64,000 nt of DNA from Thermoanaerobaculia bacterium (lineage in GTDB: Bacteria > Acidobacteriota > Thermoanaerobaculia > Multivoradales > UBA5704): contig JBGAGQ010000009.1 in the NCBI GenBank assembly GCA_044226625.1, positions 32,001 through 96,000 of the forward strand, read 5' to 3'. Below are positions 38,332 through 48,212 of this stretch, in pieces. The notes under the pieces were generated by a model. That model was not told where the DNA came from. It made no database searches and saw only the letters and a list, made by a program, of their open reading frames with translations. The position numbers were made by a program, and so were the translations under genes. Numbering within the stretch: position 1 is the stretch's first letter; each line of letters begins with the position of its first letter.

Positions 38332-39135
38332 TCACTTCCCCTGGAATTGCGGCGTCCGCTTCTCGATGTAGGCCGCCAGCCCTTCCTTGGCGTCCTCACC
38401 CTGGAAGAGGAGCTGCTGAAGCTCGCGCTCGATCGCGAGCGCGCTCTCGAACGGGATCTCGGCTCCCGACTGGACCGAACGCTTGATCCGGCCGACTACC
38501 TTGGACGACTTGTTCGGCGGGCAGAACTGCCGGGCGTAGGCGTGGACCTGCTCCATGAAGTCGTCGCCATCGAAGATCCGGTCGATGATGCCCAGCCCCT
38601 GCGCCTCCTCGAACGAGATCAGGTTGCCGATCGTCATCATCTCGATCGCCTTGCTCTTACCGACGATCCGCGCGAAGCGCTGCGTGCCGCCGGTGCCCGG
38701 CAGGACGCCCAGGTTCACCTCGGGAAGCCCGACCTTCGCCTTCTCGTCCCGCTTGGCGATACGGATGTCGGCCGCCATCGCGATCTCCAGACCGCCGCCG
38801 ACGGTATGGCCGTCGAGCGCCGCGATCACCAGCTTCGGCGTCTGCTCGAGGCGGCTGAGCGTCTCGTTCGCGTGCAGGCAGAAGTAGTACTTGAACGTCG
38901 GGTCGGACGCCTTCAGCATGTTGATGTTGGCGCCCGCGCAGAAGAACTTCGGCCCCTCGCCCGCGAGGACGATCACGTGGACCGCCGGGTCGAACCGCGC
39001 GGCGAGGATGCCCGCGTCGAGGTCCTTCATCATCTCGTGGGTGTAGCCGTTGAACGGCGGATCGTCCAACGTCAAGTAGGCCACCCCTTCGCGGACTTCG
39101 TAACGAACCAGCTTGCGCTCTGCGCTATCGGACAT
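38332..39135 (-). CDS. Enoyl-CoA hydratase/isomerase family protein
   Basis: FFCAGANI, GGGLEIAMAADIR, GLPEVNLGVLPGTGGTQR. Confidence 0.95.
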   Translation of the reverse strand: MSDSAERKLVRYEVREGVAYLTLDDPPFNGYTHEMMKDLDAGILAARFDPAVHVIVLAGEGPKFFCAGANINMLKASDPTFKYYFCLHANETLSRLEQTPKLVIAALDGHTVGGGLEIAMAADIRIAKRDEKAKVGLPEVNLGVLPGTGGTQRFARIVGKSKAIEMMTIGNLISFEEAQGLGIIDRIFDGDDFMEQVHAYARQFCPPNKSSKVVGRIKRSVQSGAEIPFESALAIERELQQLLFQGEDAKEGLAAYIEKRTPQFQGK

Positions 39136-39373
39136 TGGTGGAGCCTCCCGGATTGGGTTCGGTCAGGAAAGGTCTGAAAAAGGTGAGAAGGTTCGAGGGC
39201 GGAAGCCCGCCCTCGCGGAAAAACAGCTCGCGCCTATTCTGGCATGGCGGGCGCGCGGCCGGGAAGCCTGCCTCCCAGGGTCTCCGCGACGGGACCAACG
39301 GCGAAAGGGAGCCGACAGGCCGCCCCCCTTCGGGCCGGGAGGACCGGCCGGTCTCGGCTAGAATCGAGCGGTC

Positions 39374-39730
39374 GTGCGCAAGCCGCTCGCTCTCCTCTGC
39401 CTCGCCGCGGTGCTGCTCGCGGCGTTCGCCGCTCCGGTTGCGGTCTCGGCGCTCCTGGCCCTGCCGCCCTGGGAGCGACCGGTCGGGGTCCTCCCTCCGA
39501 GCCCGAGCGTCTGGTTCGAAGCCGCCTTCACGGTCGTCTTTCGGGAGCCCGAGCGCTTCGCACGCCTCGCCTTCCGCGGTCCCCCTTCCCTCTCTCCGTG
39601 TTCCACCGCCTCATCGGAAACCGGAAAGAGGAGGTACCGTGGCGAAGAAGAAGAGAAACCTTCTGGCCAAGATATTGCTCTACGCAATGATCGAGGCCGG
39701 AGCGTTGATGGGCGCTCCGATCCGACCTGA
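39374..39730 (+). CDS. Putative secretion-monitoring leader peptide with RGPP motif
   Basis: TAGAAT 9 nt upstream; MRK plus long hydrophobic segment; LAFRGPP with RGPP at 39575-39586. Confidence 0.55.
   Translation: MRKPLALLCLAAVLLAAFAAPVAVSALLALPPWERPVGVLPPSPSVWFEAAFTVVFREPERFARLAFRGPPSLSPCSTASSETGKRRYRGEEEEKPSGQDIALRNDRGRSVDGRSDPT
39584..39634 (+). promoter_or_regulatory. Anti-Shine-Dalgarno hairpin
   Basis: CCTTCCCTCTCTCCGTGTTCC pairs imperfectly with GGAAACCGGAAAGAGGAGG, which contains the SD of the 39639 gene. Confidence 0.6.
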
Positions 39731-39824
39731 CGACATCGAAAACCTCACCCGCCTGATGAACGGCACGCAGGTCGTCCAAGTGGCGCGGAAAGAGAACGAC
39801 GGCGACGGCGATCCGCCGGAGTGA
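39639..39824 (+). CDS. Small hypothetical protein (61 aa)
   Basis: GAGGAGG SD, GTG start; MAKKKRNLLAKILLYAMIEAGALMGAPIRPDDIENLTRLMN; hairpin 39833-39868 downstream. Confidence 0.7.
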   Translation: MAKKKRNLLAKILLYAMIEAGALMGAPIRPDDIENLTRLMNGTQVVQVARKENDGDGDPPE

Positions 39825-39869
39825 AGCGAAGGCGAGGAGGGTTCTCGTCCGCGAGAGAACCCGCCTCGA

Positions 39870-40865
39870 TCAGAGCCCGCGGACGATGCGTCGCGCCAGG
39901 CCCGGCCCTTCAAAGACCATCGCCGAGTACAGCTGGACCAGATCGGCCCCGGCGTCCAGGCGACGCCGGGCTTCCTCCGCGGAGTCGATGCCCCCTACTG
40001 AGATCAAGACCCCGCGGTCACGGAGGCGGGGGGCGATGGCGAGCAGGGTGGTAAAGCTCCGATCCTTCAAGACCCGGCCGGAGAGGCCGCCGCGGGGCTC
40101 GCAGCCCGGGAGCAGGTCGTAATCGATCGTGGTGTTCGTGGCGATCAGACCCGACGCGCCCCGGTCGAGAGCGGCCGAGGCCAGCTCGGCGGCCGCGGCG
40201 GGCGGAAGGTCGGGGGCGATCTTCACCAGGATCGGCTTCTTCGTGAGGGTCTCCGCGCGCCGAAACAGCTCGGCGAGGAAGCTCTCGTTCTGGAGGTCGC
40301 GAAGGCCCGGCGTGTTCGGCGAGGAGAGGTTGATCACCAGGTAGTCGGCGAAGCGCTCGAGCCCGGAGAGGAGCGTCTCGTAATCGTCGATCGCACGCTC
40401 GGGCGGGGTCGCCTTGTTCTTCCCCAGGTTGATGCCGAGGGGAACCGGTGGCGGACCGAGGCGGGTGAGGACGGCCGCCATCGCCGCCATCCCCCGGTTG
40501 TTGAAACCGAGAGCGTTCTGCAGCGTTCCCGCCTTAGGGTGCCGGAACATCCGAGGGCGCGGATTGCCGGGCTGGCCGAGCGGCGTCACCGTGCCGATCT
40601 CGACGAATCCGAAGCCGAGCGCAGCGAGTCCCCGGACCGCACGGCCATCCTTGTCGAAGCCGGCCGCGAGGCCGACGGGGTTGAGAAACGTCGTCCCTAG
40701 CAGGTGCCGTGCGAGCCGCGCGTCGGCCGCCCGGGCGCGCCGAACCCCGAGCTCCGCCCAGCCCGGCAACGCCTGCGCGGATCGAAGGGCCAAAAGACCG
40801 AGGGCGTGGCCGGTTTCCGCATCGAAACGGAAAAGGAGCGGCCGGAGGAGCGAATAGAGTCCCAT
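39870..40865 (-). CDS. pyrD: Quinone-dependent dihydroorotate dehydrogenase
   Basis: NPVGLAAGFDK, GTVTP..QPGNPRPR, NLSSPNTPGLRDLQ, VKIAPD, GGLSG. Confidence 0.96.
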   Translation of the reverse strand: MGLYSLLRPLLFRFDAETGHALGLLALRSAQALPGWAELGVRRARAADARLARHLLGTTFLNPVGLAAGFDKDGRAVRGLAALGFGFVEIGTVTPLGQPGNPRPRMFRHPKAGTLQNALGFNNRGMAAMAAVLTRLGPPPVPLGINLGKNKATPPERAIDDYETLLSGLERFADYLVINLSSPNTPGLRDLQNESFLAELFRRAETLTKKPILVKIAPDLPPAAAAELASAALDRGASGLIATNTTIDYDLLPGCEPRGGLSGRVLKDRSFTTLLAIAPRLRDRGVLISVGGIDSAEEARRRLDAGADLVQLYSAMVFEGPGLARRIVRGL

Positions 40866-40939
40866 CCGGACGGCATTCTAGGGGATCCGGGCTGCCCCGG
40901 CAGACCGATCCGGGGTTGCCGGGGCACCCCGGGCACCTG

Positions 40940-40948
40940 TGCTATAGT
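40940..40948 (+). promoter_or_regulatory. Extended -10 promoter for zapA-ssrS-rny
   Basis: TG-C-TATAGT upstream of zapA. Confidence 0.55.
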
Positions 40949-41011
40949 GCGCGTCCAAGTCTATGGGTTCAAACCACTTGCCGGCCCATAGACCATGCGG
41001 GGGACGAACGC

Positions 41012-41341
41012 TTGAGCACGGGAATCGACACCACCGAGGTGCGGATCTTCGGCGCCGCGTACAACGTCCGCGGCAGCGATGGGAGCGGCCACGTCCAGGC
41101 GCTCGCGGATCTCGTCGATGGCAAGATGCGAGAGATCGCGAGCCGGGTGCGAACGCAGGATACCGCGCGGATCGCGATCCTCGCCGCGCTCAACCTGGCC
41201 GACGAGCTCTATCAGCTGCAACGACGGCAAGAAGGGGAACGGGGCGAAGTTCGAGAAAGGCTTGACGAGCTGGTGAAGGAGTTGGACGAGGTCCTGGTCG
41301 AGGATGCGGCGGGACGGAAGGCGACTCCTTCTGAGATATGA
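41012..41341 (+). CDS. zapA: Cell division protein ZapA
   Basis: VRIFGAAYNVRG...LADLVDGKMREI...RIAILAALNLADEL; synteny with 6S and rny. Confidence 0.9.
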   Translation: MSTGIDTTEVRIFGAAYNVRGSDGSGHVQALADLVDGKMREIASRVRTQDTARIAILAALNLADELYQLQRRQEGERGEVRERLDELVKELDEVLVEDAAGRKATPSEI

Positions 41342-41345
41342 TTTT

Positions 41346-41547
41346 GCGTGCGCATCCCCTGGATGGTGCGAGATGGGCTTAACGATCGTAGAACCAACGT
41401 TATACCCCCGGGAGCTCGGATTCCGCGGCGCCTGTGCCAGCCTCGCTCGTACGAGGACGCTAACGGCTCGAGGAGAGGGCACCCACCTGTTTGCGTTACA
41501 GGTTCTAAAACGCACAGCCCGCTCGTATCCGCGGGGGATGCGCACGC
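41346..41547 (+). ncRNA. ssrS: 6S RNA
   Basis: 14-bp terminal stem GCGTGCGCATCCCC/GGGGATGCGCACGC; GAACC...GGTTC inner stem around a central bubble; about 200 nt; directly downstream of zapA. Confidence 0.88.
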
Positions 41548-41610
41548 TAAATCGACCGCTCGCCTTCTCGAGGCAACGCCCCCGACCCCCCCTTTGACGG
41601 GGAGGTCGCA

Positions 41611-43176
41611 TTGAGCACGAATCTCTTTCTGATCGCGGCGCTCGTCCTGGTCGCGGCTGCCATCTCCTATTTCCTGCTCCGTTGGGGCAAGCGGGAATCC
41701 CTGCGTCTTCGCCTCGAAGCCGAGCAGCGCGCCAAACAAATCCTGGAAGACGCCGAACGCCTCGGAGAAACTAAGGTCCGGGAAGCGGAGCTGGCCGCGA
41801 AGGAAAAACTGCTCCAGGCCCGCAGCGAGTTCGAGAGCGCGTCGCGGAAGCGCCGTTCCGAGCTGGAGCAGGTCGAACGCCGGCTTACCCAGAAGGAAGA
41901 CACCCTCGATAAGCGAACCGAAGACCTGACCACCCGCGATCGCGAGGTGGCGTCTCGGGAAAAGTCGCTCCAGGGGCGCGAGCACACGGTCGCGGCGCAA
42001 GAGGCCGAGGTCACGCGGATGCTCGCCGAGGAGCGCCAGAAGCTCGAGCACATCGCCGGCCTGACGGCCCAGCAGGCTCGCGAAGAGCTGGTCCGTTCGC
42101 TCGAGCAGGACGCCCGGATGGAGGCGGCCAACATCGTCAAGCGCCTGGAAGACGAGGCACGGGAAACGGCTCACCGTCAGGCGCAGAGGATCATCGGGAT
42201 GGCGGTGCAGCGCGCCGCATCCGACTACGTGTCCGAGGCGACGGTCTCGGTGGTCATGCTGCCGAACGACGAGATGAAGGGTCGGATCATCGGCCGCGAG
42301 GGCCGGAACATCCGGGCGCTCGAAACCGCGACGGGGGTCGACCTGATCGTCGACGACACGCCCGAGGCGGTGATCCTTTCCGGCTTCGATCCGTTCCGCC
42401 GCGAGGTGGCGCGCGTGGCGCTCGAGCGCTTGATCACCGACGGGCGCATCCACCCGGCCCGAATCGAAGAGGTGGTCGAGAAGGTCAAAGCGGAGTTCGA
42501 GCAGAAGATCTTCACCGAAGGTGAAGCGGCACTGCTCGAGCTCGGGATTCCCGACCTCCACCCGGAGCTGACCAAGCTGCTCGGACGCTTGCGTTACCGC
42601 ACCTCGTACGGCCAGAACGTCCTGCATCACAGCCGCGAAGTCGCATTCCTCGCAGGAGCGATGGCCGCCGAGCTCAAGGCGAACGTCCACGTCGCGCGGC
42701 GCGCCGGCATCCTCCACGACATCGGCAAGGCGATCGACCGCGAAATGGAGGGAACCCACCTCCAACTGGGCATCGAGCTACTCCGGAAGTACGGCGAGTC
42801 CGAAGAGGTAGTCCACGGCATGGCTTGCCACCACGGCGACTACGATCCGCAAACGGTCGAGGCGGTCCTGGTGACCGCGGCGGACGCCCTGTCGGCCGCC
42901 CGGCCCGGCGCGCGGCGCGAGGTGCTCGAGACCTACGTCAAGCGGCTCGAGAAGCTCGAGGAGATCGCCTCGGGCTTCAAGGGAGTGCAGAAGACATTCG
43001 CGATCCAGGCCGGCCGCGAGGTGCGGATCATCGTCGACAGCGGCAAGCTCTCCGACGATCAGGCGCTCTGGCTGTCGAAGGACATCGCCCGAAAGGTCGA
43101 GGCCGAGCTCACCTATCCCGGCCAGATCAAGATCACCGTCATCCGCGAGACCCGGTCGATCGAGTACGCCCGCTGA
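41611..43176 (+). CDS. rny: Ribonuclease Y
   Basis: N-terminal TM and coiled coil; KH ([14 protein letters not shown]); [29 protein letters not shown]. Confidence 0.97.
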   Translation: MSTNLFLIAALVLVAAAISYFLLRWGKRESLRLRLEAEQRAKQILEDAERLGETKVREAELAAKEKLLQARSEFESASRKRRSELEQVERRLTQKEDTLDKRTEDLTTRDREVASREKSLQGREHTVAAQEAEVTRMLAEERQKLEHIAGLTAQQAREELVRSLEQDARMEAANIVKRLEDEARETAHRQAQRIIGMAVQRAASDYVSEATVSVVMLPNDEMKGRIIGREGRNIRALETATGVDLIVDDTPEAVILSGFDPFRREVARVALERLITDGRIHPARIEEVVEKVKAEFEQKIFTEGEAALLELGIPDLHPELTKLLGRLRYRTSYGQNVLHHSREVAFLAGAMAAELKANVHVARRAGILHDIGKAIDREMEGTHLQLGIELLRKYGESEEVVHGMACHHGDYDPQTVEAVLVTAADALSAARPGARREVLETYVKRLEKLEEIASGFKGVQKTFAIQAGREVRIIVDSGKLSDDQALWLSKDIARKVEAELTYPGQIKITVIRETRSIEYAR

Positions 43177-43211
43177 CGGCAGGGACGAAGACAAACCTCC
43201 TCAACACCCCA

Positions 43212-43255
43212 GGCCCTTCTCCCTCCCCTCCGGGAGGGCCAGGGAGGGGGATGGG
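43212..43255. repeat. Single palindromic element resembling the right half of the 6381-6743 repeats
   Basis: CCCTCCCCTCCGGGAGGGCCAGGGAGGGGG versus CCCTCCCCCCGCGAGCGGGGGGAGGCCAGGAGGGGGG. Confidence 0.45.
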
Positions 43256-43261
43256 ATCGAA

Positions 43262-44053
43262 ATGAAGCTACTGTTCGTTGGCGACGTGATCGGCAAGCCC
43301 GGCCGCCGAGCGGTCAAGACGCTCGTTCCCCGGCTGATCGACCAGCACAAGATCGATTACACGGTGGTCAACGTCGAGAACTCCTCGGGAGGATTCGGCG
43401 TCACCCCCGACGTGTTGGCCGAATTCGAGGGGCTCGGGATCGACTGCTACACGACGGGCAACCACGTCTGGGACAAGAAGGAAGGGGTCGAGCTGCTCTC
43501 GCGCGAGCCACGCCTCCTCCGCCCCGCGAACTACCCCGAGGGAAACCCCGGCAAGGGTCTTTTCGTGGGCGAGACCGCGGCGGGTATCCCGGTCGCCGTG
43601 ATCAACCTCGAGGGACGGGTCTTCATGAGCCACCTCGATTCGCCTTTTCACGCCGCCGACCGGCTGATCGCCTCGCTCGGCCGGGAGGTCAAAGTGATCC
43701 TCGTCGATTTTCACGCCGACGCGACGAGCGAGAAGCAGGCTCTCGGCTTCTACCTCGACGGCAAGGCGAGCGCTGTGCTCGGCACCCACACCCACGTGCC
43801 CACCGCCGACGAGCGGGTTCTTCCGGGCGGAACCGCGCTGCTCACCGACGTCGGGATGACCGGGCCCTACGAGTCGATCATCGGCATGAAAGTCGACAAA
43901 GTCCTGCGCCGTTTCCTGCTCCAAACCTCGGCGCCGCTCGAGGTCGCCAAGCGCGACGTCCGGCTCGCCGGGGCGGTCGTCGACATCGACGAGGCGACCG
44001 GCAAGGCTCGCGCCATCGAGCGGCTGCTCGTCCCCGTGGGCGACGAGGCCTGA
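43262..44053 (+). CDS. ymdB: YmdB-family metallophosphoesterase (TIGR00282)
   Basis: LFVGDVIGKPGR, NVEN, TGNHVWDK, DFHADATSEK, GTHTHVPTAD, TDVGMTG. Confidence 0.95.
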   Translation: MKLLFVGDVIGKPGRRAVKTLVPRLIDQHKIDYTVVNVENSSGGFGVTPDVLAEFEGLGIDCYTTGNHVWDKKEGVELLSREPRLLRPANYPEGNPGKGLFVGETAAGIPVAVINLEGRVFMSHLDSPFHAADRLIASLGREVKVILVDFHADATSEKQALGFYLDGKASAVLGTHTHVPTADERVLPGGTALLTDVGMTGPYESIIGMKVDKVLRRFLLQTSAPLEVAKRDVRLAGAVVDIDEATGKARAIERLLVPVGDEA

Positions 44054-44130
44054 ACCGACGGCATTCGTTTTGCTTTCTCCGACAGAAGTCCAAGCCAAAG
44101 GGTCCCCTCGACCCGCTTCGGGCCTCTTCC

Positions 44131-45252
44131 ATGAGCAGCAACGATGACCTCGCGACGCTCCGTCCCCTCGACGAATTCCTCGATTCGCTCGGTAAACCTC
44201 TGTATCAAGAGGGTTTCGGGGCGGTCGCCCTGCTCGACGACGGCGCGGTTTTACGCCAGGCCAACCATGCCTTCTGCCGCCTTCTTCAATTCGAACAGGC
44301 TGCGCTGATCGGTCAAACCCTATCCTCCTTCCTCCTGCCGAGCGCAAAAACCCTGGGCGATGCGGCCCTCGCCGGCTTGCAATCTCGACACGGTTTTGAA
44401 GGGGAGTTTCCAATTCTTGCAGCCGACGGCTCGCTCGTCGAGGTCGAATGGCGCTTCCGGCCACGCGTCGCTCCCGGGCTCCATTTGGCGTTCGCCCGCG
44501 ATCTGCGGACCGAAAAGCAGCTGCTTCGGTTGCGCCGGGAGCTCGAGCAGGCCCGGCTCTACGCGATCGACGCGGTCGACGCGAAGGACCGCTTCTTCGC
44601 GGCGCTCTCCCATGAGCTGCGCACGCCCTTAGCCCCCGTCATGCTCACGCTCTCCGCGATGCAGGCGGCCGACGATCTGCCGGAGCGTTTCGCGCCGATG
44701 CTCGAGCGGATCCGGCGCAATCTGGAGCTCGAAGTCCGGCTGATCGACGATCTGCTGTCCAAGGGCACCAGCGCGGCGGTCGCCCAATCGGTCCAGCAGG
44801 CGAAACGGCCGTCGGTTTCCGGCCGTGTCCTGGGGATCGCGCCTCACCTGCTCTTGGTCGAAGACCACGACGACACCGCCGAGGCGCTTTCGGTCCTGCT
44901 CCAGGATTCCGGGTTCCGCGTCACCCGGGCCGCCTCGGTCGCCGATGCGCTCGCCGCGGCGTTCCAAGCGCACGCCGATCATCACGAGAGCTTCCAGCTC
45001 GTCCTTTCCGATCTCGGCCTTCCCGACGGCGACGGCTGCGACTTGATGCGGGTGCTGTCGAAGCGACATGGCCTCAAAGGAATCGCGTTGTCGGGATATG
45101 GAATGGACGAGGACATTCAGCGGGCCCTCGCGGCCGGCTTCGCCCGGCACCTTACGAAGCCGGTCGATCTCCGGCGGCTCATCGACGTGATTCGCGAAGA
45201 GCTCGCCGTAGGGACCGATTCCGCGCCGCAGATCGAATCGGTTCGGGCCTGA
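44131..45252 (+). CDS. PAS-HisKA-receiver protein lacking the HATPase domain
   Basis: PAS-like N-terminus; ALSHELRTPL...RLIDDLL; short linker; LLVEDH, LSDLGLPDGDG, ALSGYG, LTKPVD. Confidence 0.85.
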   Translation: MSSNDDLATLRPLDEFLDSLGKPLYQEGFGAVALLDDGAVLRQANHAFCRLLQFEQAALIGQTLSSFLLPSAKTLGDAALAGLQSRHGFEGEFPILAADGSLVEVEWRFRPRVAPGLHLAFARDLRTEKQLLRLRRELEQARLYAIDAVDAKDRFFAALSHELRTPLAPVMLTLSAMQAADDLPERFAPMLERIRRNLELEVRLIDDLLSKGTSAAVAQSVQQAKRPSVSGRVLGIAPHLLLVEDHDDTAEALSVLLQDSGFRVTRAASVADALAAAFQAHADHHESFQLVLSDLGLPDGDGCDLMRVLSKRHGLKGIALSGYGMDEDIQRALAAGFARHLTKPVDLRRLIDVIREELAVGTDSAPQIESVRA

Positions 45253-45267
45253 GCCGTTCGACGAGGT

Positions 45268-46131
45268 TCAACCGCGCGGGTCGATCACCTCGTAGAGAGC
45301 CGAGTAGTCGGCGCCTCCCATCCCGCCTTCGACGGTCCGCGCCAACACGCCCCGGAGTGCGTCGGCCACCGTCGTATCGAGCCCGAGAGAGCGGCATTCG
45401 GCGCGGATCAGATCCACGTCTTTGAGCATCAGCTCGGCCGGAAAGCTCGGCTCCGCGAAATCCCGCGCCCGGATCTTCGGCAGCTTACCGTCGTAGCTGG
45501 GGGCGTAGAGCGCGCTCTTGCGCAAGATTCCGAGGAACACCTCGAGGTCGACTCCCGACCGGCGGACCATCCCGACGGACAGCGAGAACGCCGCGATCAG
45601 GTTCGGAATCAGCTGGTTGAGAGCGAGCTTGAGCGCCGCCGCCTGACCGACCGGGCCGACATGGGTAGTGGGCCCGAGCAGCGCAAGCGTCTCCTCGATG
45701 CGAGCGAGCTCGGCCGCATCGCCCCCCACAAGAACCTGCAACGTGCCGCTTCGAGATTGCGGTGTGCTGCCCAGAACCGGCGCCTCGAGATACCTCGCCC
45801 CCGCGCCCTCGATCTGGTCGGCGAGCGCTCGGCTCTCCGCCGGAGCGATCGTGCTCATCTGGACGAAGGTCTTACCCGCGAGTGCCGGAAGCGCACCGTC
45901 GAGGGCGGCGTGGATTGCCGGGCCGTCGCGCAGCATCGCGAGAACCAGCCCTCCCGGCCCCACCCCTTCGATCGCCTCGCTTGCGGAACCCGCGACCTCG
46001 GCGCCGAGGCCGCGAAGCGGCTCGGCCTTCGCCGCCGTGCGATTCCAAACCGAAAGCTCCGCCTCCCTTTCGAGCAGGCGCTCGGCCATCGCGAATCCCA
46101 TCAGCCCGGTGCCTAACAGTGCGATGCGCAT
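45268..46131 (-). CDS. NAD(P)-dependent oxidoreductase, 3-hydroxyisobutyrate dehydrogenase family
   Basis: GTGLMG, WNRT, MSTIAP, EAPVLGS, LKLALN, MLKD. Confidence 0.93.
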   Translation of the reverse strand: MRIALLGTGLMGFAMAERLLEREAELSVWNRTAAKAEPLRGLGAEVAGSASEAIEGVGPGGLVLAMLRDGPAIHAALDGALPALAGKTFVQMSTIAPAESRALADQIEGAGARYLEAPVLGSTPQSRSGTLQVLVGGDAAELARIEETLALLGPTTHVGPVGQAAALKLALNQLIPNLIAAFSLSVGMVRRSGVDLEVFLGILRKSALYAPSYDGKLPKIRARDFAEPSFPAELMLKDVDLIRAECRSLGLDTTVADALRGVLARTVEGGMGGADYSALYEVIDPRG

Positions 46132-46155
46132 GGTGATTTCCTCCAAACGGCAAAA

Positions 46156-46524
46156 TCAAGGGCGGAACGACGCCGAGCAGTCGGGTCCTTCCCAGACCTC
46201 CACCTCGGCCAAGGGAGCCGCCGGCAGCCGCTGTTTCATGCGCTCGAAGAACCATGCGGCGACGTGCTCGGTGGTCGGGCTCGAAACGTCGAAGGGCGGA
46301 ATCGTGTTCAGGTCTCGATGGTCGAGCTCGGCACAGAGCGCCCCGAGCGCGTTCTTCACTTCGACGAAATCCCAGGCCATGCCGTCGCCGTCCAGGGTTC
46401 CGGTTTTGAGATAGACCTCGACCTTCCAGGAATGGCCGTGAGAGCATTCCACGCCGCCTCGGTAGGAGAGCAGGTGGTGGGCGGCCTCGAAGCGGCCTCG
46501 GACGCGCAGTCGATAGCTCGGCAT
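46156..46524 (-). CDS. queD: 6-carboxytetrahydropterin synthase
   Basis: FEAAHHL, HGHSW, DF, LDHRDLN, PTTEHVA, VWEG. Confidence 0.88.
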   Translation of the reverse strand: MPSYRLRVRGRFEAAHHLLSYRGGVECSHGHSWKVEVYLKTGTLDGDGMAWDFVEVKNALGALCAELDHRDLNTIPPFDVSSPTTEHVAAWFFERMKQRLPAAPLAEVEVWEGPDCSASFRP

Positions 46525-46646
46525 GGCGTCCATCATAAGCGGCCGGCGCCTGGTTTGCCCTCCGCGCTCGGCTGGGCGACAATCCCCCGATCCGGTCGAG
46601 ACAATCCGTCCCGAAGGATCTCCGGTCAGCCTGGGAGGACTTTTCG

Positions 46647-48203
46647 TTGCGTCGAGTCGGAATCTTTGGTTGGGGGATCGTGGCCCCCCGGTCGCCCAAC
46701 GTCGCCGCGTTCGCGGCCAACCTCGAATCGTCCGAGAGCTGGCTCACGCCGTTCCACGGTTTCGGCCCGGACACCTTTCTGGTCGGCCGACCGGAGTTCT
46801 CGTTCGAGGCGTATCGCTCGTGGATCGTCGAACGGTTTCCGCCGAGCCGCTTCCACACGCTGGAAGCCAAGATGGATCTGCCCACGCAATTCGCGATCGG
46901 CGGCTTCCTCCAAGCACTCGAGCAGAACCCCGGCATCGAGCAGGAGCTCTCGCGCCTCGGCACGCGGACCCGGGTCTACGTCGGCACGGGACTCGGCAAC
47001 CTGGCGACGATCTCCGACGCGACGCTCGCGCTGCGAAGGGGCCAAAGACGGTGGGATCGGTTCTGGGCGGAACGGCATCCGGACTACCCGTCGGCGGGCT
47101 CCTCGGATCTCGAAGCCGACGCGAGCCGCCCTCCCCATCCCGATTCGGTCGGGATCGACGATCGGGACGAGGCGCAGGGAGCTTGGTGGCACTGGTGGGC
47201 GGAACGATCGCCCGAGCTGCCGCTCTACTTGGCCGAGCTCGCCGAGATCGAAGGGCACGGCATTCACGGCGACGTCGAGAAGGCGAAAATGTCCGTGATG
47301 AAGGAAAAGCAGCGCGGCCACGCGAAGCTTCAAGAAAAATGGCGCTGCCCCGAGCCGCCCTGGCGCGCGGTCTCCGCGAACCTGCTCTGGAACATCCAGA
47401 ACACTCCCGCTTCGCAGATCTCGATCCTGGGAAAGATCACCGGTCTGGCTTTCGCCCCGGTCGCCGCCTGCTCGACGTTCGGCGTCACGCTGAAGCTCGC
47501 GATGGACGCGATCCAAGGAGGGGAGGCCGAAGCGGTGGTGATCGGCGCGACCGACCCGCCGCCGCTGCCGATCACCGTCGGGGCGTTCTACTCCGGGCGA
47601 GTCATCTCCGCCGACGCCGCCGTTTCCAAGCCGCTCACCACCCTGCGCGGTACTCACGTCGCGGGAGGCGCGGCGATCTGGATCGTCGGGGACTACGAGC
47701 ACATGACGTCTCGAGGCTTCAAGCCGCTCGGCATGGAGCCGGTCGGCGTAGGCGTTTCGTCGGACGCCGACCACATCATCACCCCTTCGCTCGAGGGACC
47801 GCGGACGGCGATTCGCGAGGCGCTCTCCGCATCGGGGATCGATCCCGCGGCGATCGGCTCGTGGGACCTCCACGCGACGGCGACGCCGGGCGATTTCAAA
47901 GAGGTCGAGACGCTGCGCAGCGTGGTCCCCGACCAAGTGGTGGTCACCGCGCGAAAGGGCACTTTCGGCCACGGCATGTCGGCCGGAGGTGGCTGGGAGC
48001 TTACGGCCCAATACCTCGGCTTCGAGCGGGGACGGCTCTTCCCCACTCCGCTCTCTCACGCGGAGCTCAACGAGGAAATCGGCCGCCTCCACCCGCTCTA
48101 CGTCTTCGACGCCCCCTGTACCGCGCCGACAGGCCCGGTTGGGAAGCTCTCGATGGGCATCGGCGGCATCAACGCCTGTGTGATCTCGCGCCCCTGGAGC
48201 TGA
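46647..48203 (+). CDS. Stand-alone beta-ketoacyl synthase (FabF-like)
   Basis: AACSTFG (Cys), DLHATATPGD (His), KGTFGHG (His), MGIGGINA. Confidence 0.88.
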   Translation: MRRVGIFGWGIVAPRSPNVAAFAANLESSESWLTPFHGFGPDTFLVGRPEFSFEAYRSWIVERFPPSRFHTLEAKMDLPTQFAIGGFLQALEQNPGIEQELSRLGTRTRVYVGTGLGNLATISDATLALRRGQRRWDRFWAERHPDYPSAGSSDLEADASRPPHPDSVGIDDRDEAQGAWWHWWAERSPELPLYLAELAEIEGHGIHGDVEKAKMSVMKEKQRGHAKLQEKWRCPEPPWRAVSANLLWNIQNTPASQISILGKITGLAFAPVAACSTFGVTLKLAMDAIQGGEAEAVVIGATDPPPLPITVGAFYSGRVISADAAVSKPLTTLRGTHVAGGAAIWIVGDYEHMTSRGFKPLGMEPVGVGVSSDADHIITPSLEGPRTAIREALSASGIDPAAIGSWDLHATATPGDFKEVETLRSVVPDQVVVTARKGTFGHGMSAGGGWELTAQYLGFERGRLFPTPLSHAELNEEIGRLHPLYVFDAPCTAPTGPVGKLSMGIGGINACVISRPWS

Positions 48204-48212
48204 AGCGAGGAC

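Noticed and set aside
39140-39358. Riboswitch in the crotonase/uORF intergenic region
   Set aside because: Short GC hairpins only; no riboswitch consensus recognised
41012-44053. zapA-6S-rny-ymdB as a novelty
   Set aside because: Well-known conserved gene order
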